Source: Octopus sinensis (Eukaryota). From it: DNA of 64,000 nucleotides. The DNA is taken from contig NC_043000.1 of the NCBI RefSeq assembly GCF_006345805.1, positions 15,996,001-16,060,000 on the forward strand, given 5' to 3'. This document shows positions 11,309-25,000 of this stretch, piece after piece. Within the stretch, counting starts at the first letter, position 1; each line of letters opens with the position of its first letter. The notes under the pieces were generated by a model. That model was given only the letters and a program-made list of their open reading frames with translations. It made no database searches and was not told where the DNA came from. Both the position numbers and the translations under genes were made by a program.

Positions 11309-14300
11309 TCACTGCCTGGAATCGAACTTGGAATCTTGGGGTTAGTAGCCTGCACTCTTAACCACTGCGCCATATGCAGAAAGTGTCACTGAGAGTGTCT
11401 TTACTGTGGATATAGCTCAGGAAACAGGTTTCATATTTAGAAACATCATCATTTTAATGTGTACTTTTCCATGCTTGCATGGGCTGAACTGAAGTTTACC
11501 AACGCTAATTTTCTCGGGCCAGATGCCCTTCCTGTCATCAACCATCACCTGTTTCCAAGCATGACATGTTCTCACAGAACACTGGAAATGAATAACACAG
11601 TTTGTATGACAGTGACAATCATTTTACAACCATCATGTGATGTCAAGACAAGGAGACACAAACACACAAACACACACACAACAAGCTTCTTTTATTTTCA
11701 TCATCATCAACATCATCATCGTTTAACGTCTGCTTTCCATGCTAGCATGGGTTGAACGTATGACTGAGGGCTGGCAAACCAGATGGCTGCACCAGGCTTC
11801 AATCTTGATCTGGCAGAGTTTCCACAGCTGGATGCCCTTCCTAACGCCAACCACTCAGAGAGTGTAGTGGGTGCTTTTACGTGCCACTGGCACGGGGCCA
11901 GTCAGGCAGTACTGGCAACGACTTCGCTTGAATCTTTTACACATGTCTAACAAATCCACTCACAATGCTTTCACCAGCCTAGAGCTACAGTAGAAGACAT
12001 TTACCCAAGTTGACACGCAGTGGGACTGAACCTGGAGCCAAGAGGTTGGAAAGCAAACTTCTTACCATACCACTGCACTGTAAATTTTTGTAGTGTAGGA
12101 GTATAGTTAATAAGAAATTGCACTAATATTTCACTTCAACACTGTTCGTGCTAGGATAAGAAATCCTTCATAATAATGATAGTAAGGAGAAGTTTCAGTG
12201 ATTAAAGACAATAAAAGATTACAAACCTCCACTTCGTGTGTTTGCCTTTTGTGGTTTTTCTTTCTGTTCAGGTGTTTCTGTGGTAGTTGTCTCACTTGTG
12301 TTATCTGCTGCTTCAGAAAGTTTTCGTTTTTTGGAGTTGGGAGCATCAGATAATTCTTTCTTGGTGTCTTCTTTGGATGTGGGGCTGGCTTTTTCTTCCT
12401 GAAACACACACAAAATGGTATGATGTTATGGTTACAGTTGGATTTCTCTTGTGAAATGCCTCCATTTATAGGACAACCATTCTTGGCATTCTCCATATAC
12501 TTCTTAATGAAGTATATGGAGGTTGGACAATAAGTGTAAGTCAGTGTCAATGGTGGTTCCAGAAATTCCGAGCCAGAAACTACAGCCTAAAAGATGAGCT
12601 TCATCTTGGAAGATCTGTAGAGCTCGACAAGGACATCCTACAAACTCTGGTGGAACAAAATTCCGTTGTAACTGTTGAGGAACTAGCAGAGAAGCTCGGA
12701 TTTGGTCGGTTGACCATTCATCAACACCTGCATGTCATCAGAAAAGTCAGTAAATTGGGTTAATGGGTTCCTCACAAACTTTCCAAGTCTAATCACGCAC
12801 AGACAGTGAATGTGTGCTTTTCTTTGCTGTCACGTCTTACGAATGAACCTTTTTTGATGAGAAATGGGTTCTCTATAAAAATGTCAAGCACCAAAGACAG
12901 CGGGTAGAAAAAGGAGAAACCCTGGCAGACTCAGGCTAAAGAAGGTCTTCACCCATGTAAGGTATTGTCATCTGTTTGGTGGGATATGAAAAGTTTAGTC
13001 CACTTTGAAGTTTTAAACCCAAGCCAAATGATAACAAAAAGATCTACTGCAAGTAGCTTGAGTGGCTTAAGTCAGCACTAGAAGAAAAATGACCATCTTT
13101 GGTTTCAAGATGAAAGGTGTTCCTCCATCAGGGTAATGCTCAGCCACATACAGTAAGGATGACATTCCAAAGGCTGGAGCAGTTTAAATGGGAAACGAAG
13201 CCCCACCCACCATATTTGCCAGACATTGCCCCATCTGATTATCATTTATTCTGCAGTCTTCAAAATCATTTGGACAGAAAAAACATGAATTCTGTAGATG
13301 AGGTCAGAACAGTATTGGAGGAATATTCTTCATCACAGACAAGTGAATTTTGGAAGAGGAGCCTTGCAAGTCTACTAGATAGATGGAAGAACATTGTCTA
13401 CTAGATAAATAGAAGGGCATTGTCTATCAGATAGATGGAAGAGCATTGTAGAAAACAAAGGAGAGTATATTTTTAGATTAAAAAAGAACTTTGCTTATCT
13501 TAATTTTGAAGAATAAAAGAAGTATAACAAAAAACTGCATTATTTAAGGGATGACCCAATACTTTGGGTTAAAAAAGTTCTCCAACCCCTGCTCTAAAGC
13601 CAAGCTGTCTTTGATGGGTCATGGGTGAAACACATCTTAGGGTGATGAAAAAAAGAAAAAAAAAGTTCATTCAGAGAGAAAGATAAAGAATGAGTATAAA
13701 CAAAACAAAAAATTAAACTACAAGGTAGACAGGAAAAATAATACACACCTGTTTTACTGCTGTATTACTGTTGTCTTTAGTTGCTGCAGCTTCAGGTGAT
13801 GTCTCTTTGGAAGCTTCTGTAGCTACAAAAGAAGCAAAAAAAAATTGACTTTAACAACAACAAACCAATCTGATACAAGATAAATCTGGTGAAAAGCTAG
13901 TAGAAATAAATATGACAATGGTGTTGAAGATGAATAAATTATAAAATGCTTTGCAAGTGCTGCTTGTCTGATATCAAGTATTTCTGAATTTAGAGATTGG
14001 TATGACAAGCTGATAGAAAGCTACACAAATGTGTATATGAGAAATTTTATGCAACACACCACAGAGCATTTGAATTTAAAACACTGTATAAAAGAATGTA
14101 TATATATTTAGACTTATTTGTTCTCCCTAGAGGTTATAATCTCAAAATCATTTTAGATCAAGGTTAAATGTTTAATTACAAATTACTAATGCTAAGCAAC
14201 AGAAATCAAATTTATATTTAAGTGAAAGAGAGAGAATGGATGAGCAAATATTCAAAAGTGTGGTGACACTATGAAATAGCAGGCTGTAAAATAAACCAAT

Positions 14301-15561
14301 AGCTTGCTATTTTTGAGATGTCTTTTACCAAGAACAGAAAACATTTGGAGATGAAGCTAAGATGTTTCAGTTGAATTGAATTGCTAAACATTTGTTTATG
14401 AAAAAGCTACTCTTTATATCGTTTTTGGATTTAGTTTGCAAGATTCTTTATGTGAGTTTGTGTGTTGAAGCATATTTTTGCTTCTTGTAGAAGCATAGTT
14501 TTGACTTTCAAAACTATTGACAAGGTTGCAAGATGCAATGAAAATCTTAGAAAAATAAAATAAGTGGAAATTTTTACCGGTGAGTGTGTTAAATCATAAG
14601 GCGCTAAAAAAGAATGACTCTCCCCAGACACAACAGAATATGCTCCTCTTTATGATTATTTTTGCTAATTTATCTATAGATTACGACCGCTAAGCAACAG
14701 AATAATCTAGATATTCTAACATCATGTCATGGTGGTGGAATAATGCTGTAGATAGAGTCACAAATGTTAAGAGACAGGCTTGAGAAGTAATGGAAAGAGT
14801 TATTACAAAACTGATTAGGAAGAACATCTTGGATATAGATGCAGTTCAGATTTTTGTCAGGAAAAGAGTATCATTGATGCACTCTTCAAAGTGAGACAAG
14901 TACAAGAGAAGTTCTTAGCTACTATGACTAGCATTTGTTGATCTGGAGAAGGCCTTTAACAGGCTACCATAATCTGTTGTCTGGTGATCTTTAAAAAACT
15001 GAGGTACATATGAATGGTTTGTGAGAACTGTGCAAACCATGTATAGAGATGCAAAGTGAGAACTGGATATGAGTTCAGCAAGGAACTTAGTGGCAAGTAA
15101 GTGTCTACCAAGACTTGATTCTTAGCCCCACTCTTGTTTATTATAGTTCTCCAGACTATAACAGAAAATTCAAGACCAATTGTCTGCTTGAACCATTGTA
15201 CACCAACAACTGAGCTGAATCTGTTGAAAATTTAGAGAAGAAATTCTAATTGTGGAAGCAAAACTTAGAATTGATGAACCTCAAAATAAACCTAACAAAA
15301 ATGTAAGTTTTACATAGCAAAATGACAGGACTTTATAACTATCTGGAAAGTGACTGATATGCATAAAAGGGGTAGGTACGAATTCCATACAATGTACTGA
15401 TTCAAGAGTGGCTGTGTGGTAAGAAGCTTGCTTACCAACCACATGGTTCCGGGTTCAGTTCCACTGCATGGCACCTTGGGCAAGTGTCTTCTACTATAGC
15501 CTCGGGCCGACCGAAGACTTGTGAGTGGATTTGGTAGACGGAAACTGAAAGAAGCTCGTCG

Positions 15562-15602
<41 letters not shown>

Positions 15603-15978
15603 TCATCATCATCATCATCATTTAACGTCCGCTTTCCATGCTAGCATGGGTTGGACAGTTCAAATGGGGTCTGAGGAGCCTGAAGGCTGCACCAGGCCAG
15701 TCAGATCTGGCAGTGTTTCTACAGTTGGATGCCCTTCCTAACGCCAACCACTCCGGGAGTGTAGTGGGTTATTTTATGTGCCACCGACACAGTGCCAGAC
15801 GAGGCTGGCAGACGGCCACGCTCGGATGGTGTTTTTATGTGCCACCGACACAGGTGCCAGATGAGGCTGGCAAACGGCCACGATCGGATGGTGTTTGTTA
15901 CGTGCTCACAGCACGGAGGCCAGTCGATGCGGTACTGGCTACGGCCACGTTTGGATGGTTTTCTTGTATGCCACCGGC

Positions 15979-16018
<40 letters not shown>

Positions 16019-19000
16019 TGTGTGTCTGTGTTTGTCCCCCCAATATCGCTTGACAACCGATGTTGGTGTTTACGTCCCCGTAACTTAGCGGTTCAGTAAA
16101 AGAGACCAATAGAATAAGTACTAGGCTTACAAAGAATAAGTCCTAGGGTTAATTTGCTCAACTAAAGACGGTGCTCCAGCATGGCCGCAGTCAAATGACT
16201 GGAACAAGTAAAGAGTAATTTGTGCCGGGAAAAACTCAAGTGACCAATGCAAAGATGGAAAAGTGGATGCAAAAATCATGATGATGCTGATGATGATGAC
16301 AACAATGATACACATAAACACACACACAGATATCTGTATGTCTTTCCTAACACTTAATTACTCTGCTATAAAGTAGTATAGTGTACAGAGTTTGTACATC
16401 TGAGCTGAATTTATATTATACTAGCAGTATCGCCCGGCGTTGCTCGGATTTGTAAGGGAAATAACTATAGAGCATTTTTAGAGAGTTATAGCCAAAAAAC
16501 AGCAAAAAATGCATTAAAAATGGAAAAAAAATTATGGTAAATTTTTTTTTAATCGTTGACTCATCGTAGACACTTTTAGAGAGTTACTTCCCTTTAAAAA
16601 AATATGCATGAAAATGGAAAAAAATGATGGTAAATTATTTTTAAAATCGTAGACTCATCGTAGACGCGCGCTAATACCCAGAAGGGCTCGATATGAATCA
16701 CGACTATAAGATACCCGGTTTTGGTTAAACTGCACCGCAAAATATGGGAGTAGTTAGGAATCTAAATCGAAGGGGACAGACACTCACACAACTACAGTTT
16801 TATATATAAAGATATTGCTTCAATTCCAGTCATAAGGATTAAATATGACATTTTCACTATTTCGCAGTTGTCATAAAGAATGTCTTTTACAATTTATTTG
16901 ATTGTTGGAGATATCGTGGGCAATTGATTACATCTTTTTGAAGCAAAGCAGGTGTGACTGTGTGGTAAGAAACTTGCTTTGCATCCACATGGTTTCTATA
17001 GCTGGATGCCCTTCGTCATCATTTAATGTCTACTTTTCCATGCTTGCATGGATCAGATGGAATTTACTGAGGCAGATTTTCTACAGCTGGATGCCCTTCC
17101 TGTTGCCACCAGTCACCCATTTCCAAGCAAGGTAATATTTCCCCTGAGCTAGACATGTTTTTCACCAAAGACTGGAAACAAACCACCTAGCTCATATGAC
17201 AATGATGCTAGAACCATCACATGATATCTAGACAAGGGCACCTGTGCACATACATTCTCGTAGACAGGTTTCTTTCAATTTCCATCTACCAAATCCATTC
17301 ACAAGGTCTTGGTTGACCCAGGGATACAGTAGAAGACACTTGCCCAAAGTGTTGTACAGTGGGTATGAACTCAAGACCATAAGGTCGGAAAGCAAGTTTC
17401 TTAACCACACAAGTAAAATAATTGAGACAGACACACACACACTGAGACAGACAGGCGTGTGTACACACACACACACAAAGTAAATCTATCAGTAAACAAA
17501 AAAAAATGGATAAATGAAATCAGAGAATCCAACAAAGGCGCAGGAGTGGATGTGTGGTAAGTAGCCTGTCTACCAACCATATGGTCCGGGTTCAGTCCCA
17601 CTGCATGGCACCTTGGGCATGTGTCTTCTACTATAGCCTCGGGCCGACCAAAGCCTTGTGAGTGGATTTGGTAGACGGAAACTGAAAGAAGCCTGTCATA
17701 TATATATATATATATATATGTATATGTGTGTATATATTTGTGTGTCTGTGTTTGTCCCCCCTAGCATTGCTTGACAACCGATGCTGGCGTGTTTACGTCC
17801 CCATCACTTAGCGGTTCGGCAAAAGAGACCGATAGAATAAGTACTGGGCTTACAAAGAATAAGTCCCGGGGTCGATTTGCTCGACTAAAGGCGGTGCTCC
17901 AGCATGGCCGCAGTCAAATGACTGAAACAAGTAAAAGAGTAAAGATTGAATTTACCAATTATTTTTTAGGAACGACAAGGATTTGTAATGAAGCTCTTAA
18001 AGCTAACTTTCTGTACTGTTAACCAGATAAGATATCAATTTTGCCTGGAAAATAACATCAGTCTATTAAGGATAACATTTCCCAGGTTTGGAAAAAACAA
18101 AACCCAACAGCTGGTTCATCTATTATTCACCACAGCTAAGTAAATTCAAATAAAGCAGAATTATGTGTTACTCAACAGTAGGTTATGAACAGAGCCACAA
18201 TCCTGTGGACCAATATCTACCACAATGTCAGAAAAAAAAAAACCCCAAAAAAAACAAACTGAAACAAATGCCACCACCACCACCACCACCATCGCTAGTT
18301 AGCTATTCAGAAATAATGTGCAGCTAAAGTGCTTAACAAACAAGTTCCATTAGATTATGAAGACAATTGCAATCACAATAATAACAGCATAAATGACAGC
18401 TCATACCTTATGGCCACAAAGTCAGGCTGACTTTACCTACAGCACTATAGACATCCATTGCAAATGTCAAACAAAACAAGCTGACACAATATTCCTGTGA
18501 TTGTCACATCCTAAACTAAACTAATAAACAAAAAAAAAAAACATATTGATTTCATAAACTGAGTTGAAAAAAAGACTGACTTGAGTTTGTTGACATGTTG
18601 TTATTTGTAAATGTGGCAAAGTGACAGGGGTTTATAAATTGGGGGTAGCCTTTATATATATATATATATATATATATACATAAGGGTCAAGAGTTCATTG
18701 GATCTTTCCAGTCAAAGGTCAAGAGTTCACTGAACTTTTTCCAACTCCTGTCAGTAGAAGGCTATAAGGTTATAGAGATGAAGAATGAGGACTGTTTAGC
18801 ATTCAGGCCTTTCTTGGGCCATTATTGGTGAAAATGAAGTAAATTGGTTCAAACTAGGAGCTGAAACTATGCTTGAGAACTTACTACTTACTTGTCAATG
18901 CTTATCTGACTTCATATAATTATCCTTTTTAAAAGACAATACAATATCAATGCATGCACATGCACACACAGACAGAATAGACAAGGAAGAAATTCCCAAT

Positions 19001-22000
19001 CAATTATATATTAAGGATCCTATGTTTCATCATCAATATCATCATTGTTGTTTAACGTCCGCTTTCCATGCTAGCATGGGTTGGACGATTTTGACTGAGA
19101 GCTGGCGAACCAGATGACTGCACCAGGCTCCAATCTTGATTTGGCAGAGTTTCTACAGCTGGATGCCCTTCCTAACGCCAACCACTCTGAGAGTGTAGTG
19201 GGTGCTTTTTACGTGCCACCGGCATGGGGGCCAGTCAGGCGGTACTGGCAACAACCTCGCTCGAATCCTTTTACACATGCCACCAGCACAGTGCCAGTAA
19301 GACGACGTTGGTAACAATCACGCTTGAATGGTGCCCTTTTACGTGCCACGAGTACGGAGGCCAGTTAGCCGCTCTGGCAACGATCACGCTCGGGTGGTGC
19401 TCTTGGCACCCTACTAGCATGGGCACAAGTGCCTGTAAGGCGACACTGGTAATGATCACGCTCGAATGGTGCTCTTTAACTTCCACTGGCACGGAAGCCG
19501 GTTAGCTGCTGAGAAAACTTGAGTGCTTTCATAAATTAACACATCAACAAGCATTTTAAGGCCATTTTCCCTGTTAAAATCTGGTTTTACCCTTGCAGAG
19601 CATCATTAATAGCTTTCGCTGTCTTGTCTCATCTTCTGCTTCCTCTTCTTCTTTTACTTCCTTCCACATTCATTTCCATCACTCTTCTCATCCAGTCCCT
19701 TTCTTCCTTCTTCAGCACATGTCCCAACCATCTCATCCTGTTTCTCTTTCACAACATCCATCACTTGCTCTATTCCCATCATTTCATTGACTGCCTTCCT
19801 CTCTTTCAACACTACTCTACTTATCTACAGAACCATTTATAAATTAAAATGAAAGAGGAAAATATTAAATCACAAAACTGAAAAAACAGAAAATGAATTT
19901 AAACTTAAATTGAAAATCAATAAAAAGGGAAATTCAAATAGAAATTCATAGAAAAAAATTAACATTGATTCCTGATCAAATTTCAATTTCATGTCAATCC
20001 ACAATTTTCAGACATTTCATCTTATAAAAACAATTCAGTTTTGTCAATTTGAAACTTCAAACTGACAAAAACTTATAGAATAAAAATAAGACCTTAAAAA
20101 AAAAAAGGAACAACTTAAATCTAAATTCCCATACCCAGCTGTAATTTTCTTTCTATCATAGAGCGTGCACAAGGGGCTAAACACAGAGAGGACAAACAAG
20201 GACAGACAAACGGATTAAGTCGATTATATCGACCCCAGTGCATAACTGGTACTTATTTAATCGACCCCAAAAAGATGAAAGGCAAAGTCGACCTCGGCGG
20301 AATTTGAACTCAGAACGTAACAGCAAGCGAAATACCACTAAGTATTTCGCCCAGCGTGCTAACGTTTCTGCCAGCTCGTCACCTTTTGGAGCATGCACTA
20401 TCACCACTATACACATAATGTGCCAGCAATGAAAGAAATGAAGGCAAAGGAAGACACAGAGATATTTGCCAAGATACTTAAGGTGTTAGATTATAGTTTC
20501 ACTCTAGATATGAAAACACAGATGCCATATTCCAATCTATAACTTGTGGGCATTAAAGAGACACATGTGTAAGACCTGAAGTAGATAGAGAAAAATGAGG
20601 TCAAGAATGAACTGTTAGCCTGTAGGGGAAAAAACTGAGCAAAAGAGAGCTGAACTTTAACAACATCAGCAAAAAGGATGCAGGAGGGTTAACTGTGGTG
20701 ATATGAATATAATGATGTACATGAATGAGCGCTGGGTGAATAAGTATTATGTTATTGGTGAAGAACATACACAGAAGGAAAAGATTCCCTTCCTTGTAAC
20801 CCATTATCGACATCCAAAACTCCCAATCTCTTACAAACACACATCTTCAACATCCTCTCTCACATTATTCATCATTATCATCGTTTAACGTCCGTTTTCC
20901 GCGCTAGCACGGGTTGGATGGTTCGACCGGGGTCTGGGAAGCCAGAGGCTGCTCCAGGCTCCAGTCTGATCTGGCAGAGTTTCTACGGCTTGATGCCCTT
21001 CCTAACGCCAACCACTCCGCGAGTGTAGTGGGTGCTTTTTACGTGCCACCTGCACAGGTGCCAGGGGGGGTCCGGCATCGGCCACGATTGGTTGGAGCTT
21101 TTAACGTGCCAGTGGCACGGAAGCCAGCCAAGGCGGCACTGGCAACGTTCGGATGGTGCATTTTATGTGCCACCGGCACAGAAGCCAGTCGGAGCGGCGC
21201 TGGCGTCGGCCATGTTCGGATGGTGCTTTTTATGTGCCACCGGCACAGAAGCCAGTCGGGGCGGCGCTGGCATCGGCCACGTTCGGATACTGTTGACACA
21301 CACACACGCACTCTCTTCCAGTATTTTTTCCTGTTCATCACTATCTCTCTTTCTCTCTCTCTTCCAGTACTCCGTTTATAACTATCTCCCTACTTCTATT
21401 CTGTACTAGCAGTATCGCCTGGTGTTGCTCGGGTTTGTTTCGACCCTTTAGAATTGGAATTTTGAAAAGTAAAAATTTTGCATTATGTAGCTTGTTATTC
21501 TCTTTAAGTGAACATTTTTCTGGTTGAAATACACCGAAAAATGGCGACACAGCAGTAAAAAAATTGTAAAAAATAGGGATTTTCATAGAAAAAAAGCACC
21601 TTTTTGATGTAAATAATTTTTGGTGTTAACATGGTCCGATTTGAATTTTTTTCTTCTACGGAATGAAGAGCAAGCCTTCTTCTATCATACTCTCAATTTT
21701 GGTCAACTTGCGCCGCAGGGTCTCGGAGGAGATAGTGTTAGTTGAAGGCTACCAAACCTGCCATACACAGACAACTTCAGCTTTATATATATATATATTT
21801 CTTTACTACCCACAAGGGGCTAAACATAGAGGGGACAAACAAGGACAGACAAACGGATTAAGTCGATTACATCGACCCCAGTACACAACTGGTACTTTAA
21901 TTATCGACCCCGAAAGGGATGAAAGGCAAAGTCGACCTTGGCGTAATTTGAACTCAGAATGTAACGACAGACGAAATACCACTAAGCGTTTCGCCCGGCG

Positions 22001-25000
22001 CACTAACGTTTCTGCCAGCTCGCCGCCTTTATATATATATATAGATTTCCCCCAACATGCTACTCAAGCTCTCTCTCTCTCTCTTTCCCTTTACTTTCTC
22101 TTTTATTACCCCTCACTTCAATCACTCTGGTTCTCCCTTACTCTCTCCTACATCTCCTTCTGCACTAGTTCCCTCTCATCCCTCTCTCTTCTATCTGCTG
22201 GAGAGAAGACAACTCTTTTAGTTATGGTGAACATAGAAATCAAGCTTTAGTTCTGTTATAGACAAAACATCCTCTCTAATAGAGATGCCATGATAAAATG
22301 CACCGAGTGATTGGCAACAGGAAGGCTGTCTGGTCAAAAGAAATATGCCAAAATGAAGTGTGTAAAAGAGATATGGTCCTGACCTCCCTAGGAGAGCATT
22401 AACTCCAAATATGAACTAATTCAATTCATGGTGAGCTGTCCATCACATGTCAGCATGGGAGATTAATCAATCAATTCTCGTCATCTTCATCATTTTAACA
22501 TTTAATTTTTCCAAGCTACCATATGATAGACAAGACTCGTTAAAGCAACTAGCTGGCCCCATGCCGTCAACAATGATGGCGAATTGTAGTATTTTATATA
22601 TAAATAAGGTTCATAATAATCACAGATACAAACATTCACAAACTTACCTTGTACATGCACACACATACACACATATACTCACACAGAGTTGAAACGCTGT
22701 TTGATTTTCCTTTTCAGCTTTGAATGTTCACCATCCCACTTCCAGTTTGATATCACCCCTTCTTTCCTTATTCATCAATCACTCCTTCCTTTCTCATTCA
22801 TATGTTATGACGGAGAAAGACACAAGAGTATTATTATAGTAGATTTTTCTATGCCTGGACGCACTTCTTTCACTGACTCTCTCTTTTATAGCTGAGTGAA
22901 GTTCTATTTCTTCTTTCAAATGACAGGCTGTTCAAGGGCCAGCCGGACTGGCTCCCATGCAGTGGCACGTAAAAAATACCTTTTGAGCATGGTCGTTGCC
23001 AGTACCGCCTGACTGGCCCCCGTGCAGGTAGCATGTAAAAAGCACCCACTACACTCTCGGAGAGGTTGGCGTTGGGAAGGGCATCCAGCTGTAGAAACAC
23101 TGTCAGATCAGATTGGAGCCTGATGCAGCCTTCTGGCTCGCCAGTCCTCAGTCAAACCGTCTAACCCATGCTGGCATATAAAACAGATGTTAAACGACAA
23201 CAACAACAACACCAACATTATCTGTATAATGACATTTCTTTTATACAATGTGCAAGTAGATTTTTGTACAATAAGCATAAGGTCTGAAATTAGGCAGGAA
23301 GGGGTCAGCCAGTTATATCGACTACAGGGCTCAAATGGTACTTATTTCATCAACCCCAAAAGGATGAAAGGCAAAGTGAACCTCTGCAGAAATTGAACTT
23401 AGACACTAAAGTCAGATGAAATGCCACATAGCATTTTGTCTTGCGTGCTAACAATTCTGCCAACTTGGCACTTTTCTACCAGATATACACACACACACAC
23501 ACACACACGTGCACACATGGTGGACTTCTATATAGCTTCTGTCTTCCAAATTCCACTCACAAGGCTAAGGTTACAGTAAAAGACACCTGCACACAGAGCT
23601 ATCCTGAAACCACATAATTGCAAAGTGAAGTGCTTATCCACAAGGCCATGATAATCAGAGAATAGACACACCAATCAGCATCATCATTATCATTTTAACA
23701 TCCACCTATCCATACCTGTCTGTCTATCTCTTTCTCACAAAGAGAGACAAACAGACAGGTTTCACTTGGCCCAAGGCTATAGAAGACACTTGTCCAAGGT
23801 GCTGCACTGTGGGACGGAACCCAAGACCACATTCTTAAACACACAAAAATCAAATGGAAATTGTAGTTAAGACACCCGTGCCAGTGCCACGTAAGAAGCA
23901 CCGTCTGAACGTAGCAGATGCCAGCGCCACCTGACTGGCGTCCGTGTCGGTGACACGTAAATGCACCAACCAATCGTGGCCATTTGCCAGCCTCCTCTGG
24001 CCCCTGTGCCGGTGGTACATAAAAAACACCCACTACACTCACGGAGTGGTTGGCGTTAGGAGGGGCATCCAGCTGTAGAGACACTGCCAAACCAGACTGG
24101 AGCCTGGTGCAGCCTCCATGGCTTACCAGACCCCGGTCGAACCGTCCAACCCATGCTAGCATGGAAAACGGACGTTAAACGATGATGATGATGATGATGA
24201 TGACAGCCACACCTGTTACCAATGAATTTTTTTGTTTTTTGTGCTTTATGACATTGTTCTTGTTGCTGTTATCGTTGTGTAAGAAACGTAACAATGAAAT
24301 ACATACGTTTTGTATCATTTAATTTGTTGGCATCTTTCTTCTTCTCCTCGTCTTTCACTTCTTTCTTTACATCTTTCTCTGGAGGCTTTTCTTCTTTCTT
24401 TACTGTATCTTTTTCTGTTGTTTCTTTATTTGAATCCTTCTTCACCTCTTTCCCATCCTTCTCAGTTGTTGACAATTCTTTCCTGAATAAAAATTACAAA
24501 CATGTTTTAATGATATATTTAAAAACTGAAAAAAAAAAAGGCATGTTTTCAATGTATGTGTAGGTGTGTGTGTGTGTGAGTTTTCTCTTTAGTTTTTGTA
24601 TTTTCTTCATAACATAGACTTACATTGATTTATCGAAATCAAATTCGATGACTGGCATCCGTGCTAGTGGAGCACTAAGCGCACCATCCAAGTGTGATCG
24701 TTGCCAGAGCAACAAGCTGGCCTCCATGCCGGTGACACATAAAAAGCATTTGAGTGAGGTCATTGCCAGTGCCGCTGGACTGGCTCCTGTGCAGGTGGCA
24801 TGTAAAAAACACCATTTGGGCATGGTTGTTGCCAGTACTGCCTGACTGCGCCGGTGGCACTACACTCCTAGAGTGGTTGGCATTAGGGGTGGAATCCAGC
24901 TGTAGAAACTCTGCCAGATCAGATTGGAGCCTGGTGCACCAATCTGATCTGGCAGAGTTTCTACAGCTGGATGTCACTCCTAACGCTAACCACTCCGGTA

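Noticed and set aside
12131-12550. 139-aa minus-strand ORF overlapping the APLF exon in another frame
   Set aside because: Splice phases select the EEKASP frame; this frame stays open because of biased composition.
13117-13404. Mariner ORF as a domesticated SETMAR-like exon of APLF
   Set aside because: It is on the opposite strand to APLF, and the transposase is frameshifted and has stops.
18411-18443. 30-nt exon-like cassette (ctgtag...gtatgag) on the minus strand
   Set aside because: Stops occur in all three frames and it is not needed for phase continuity.
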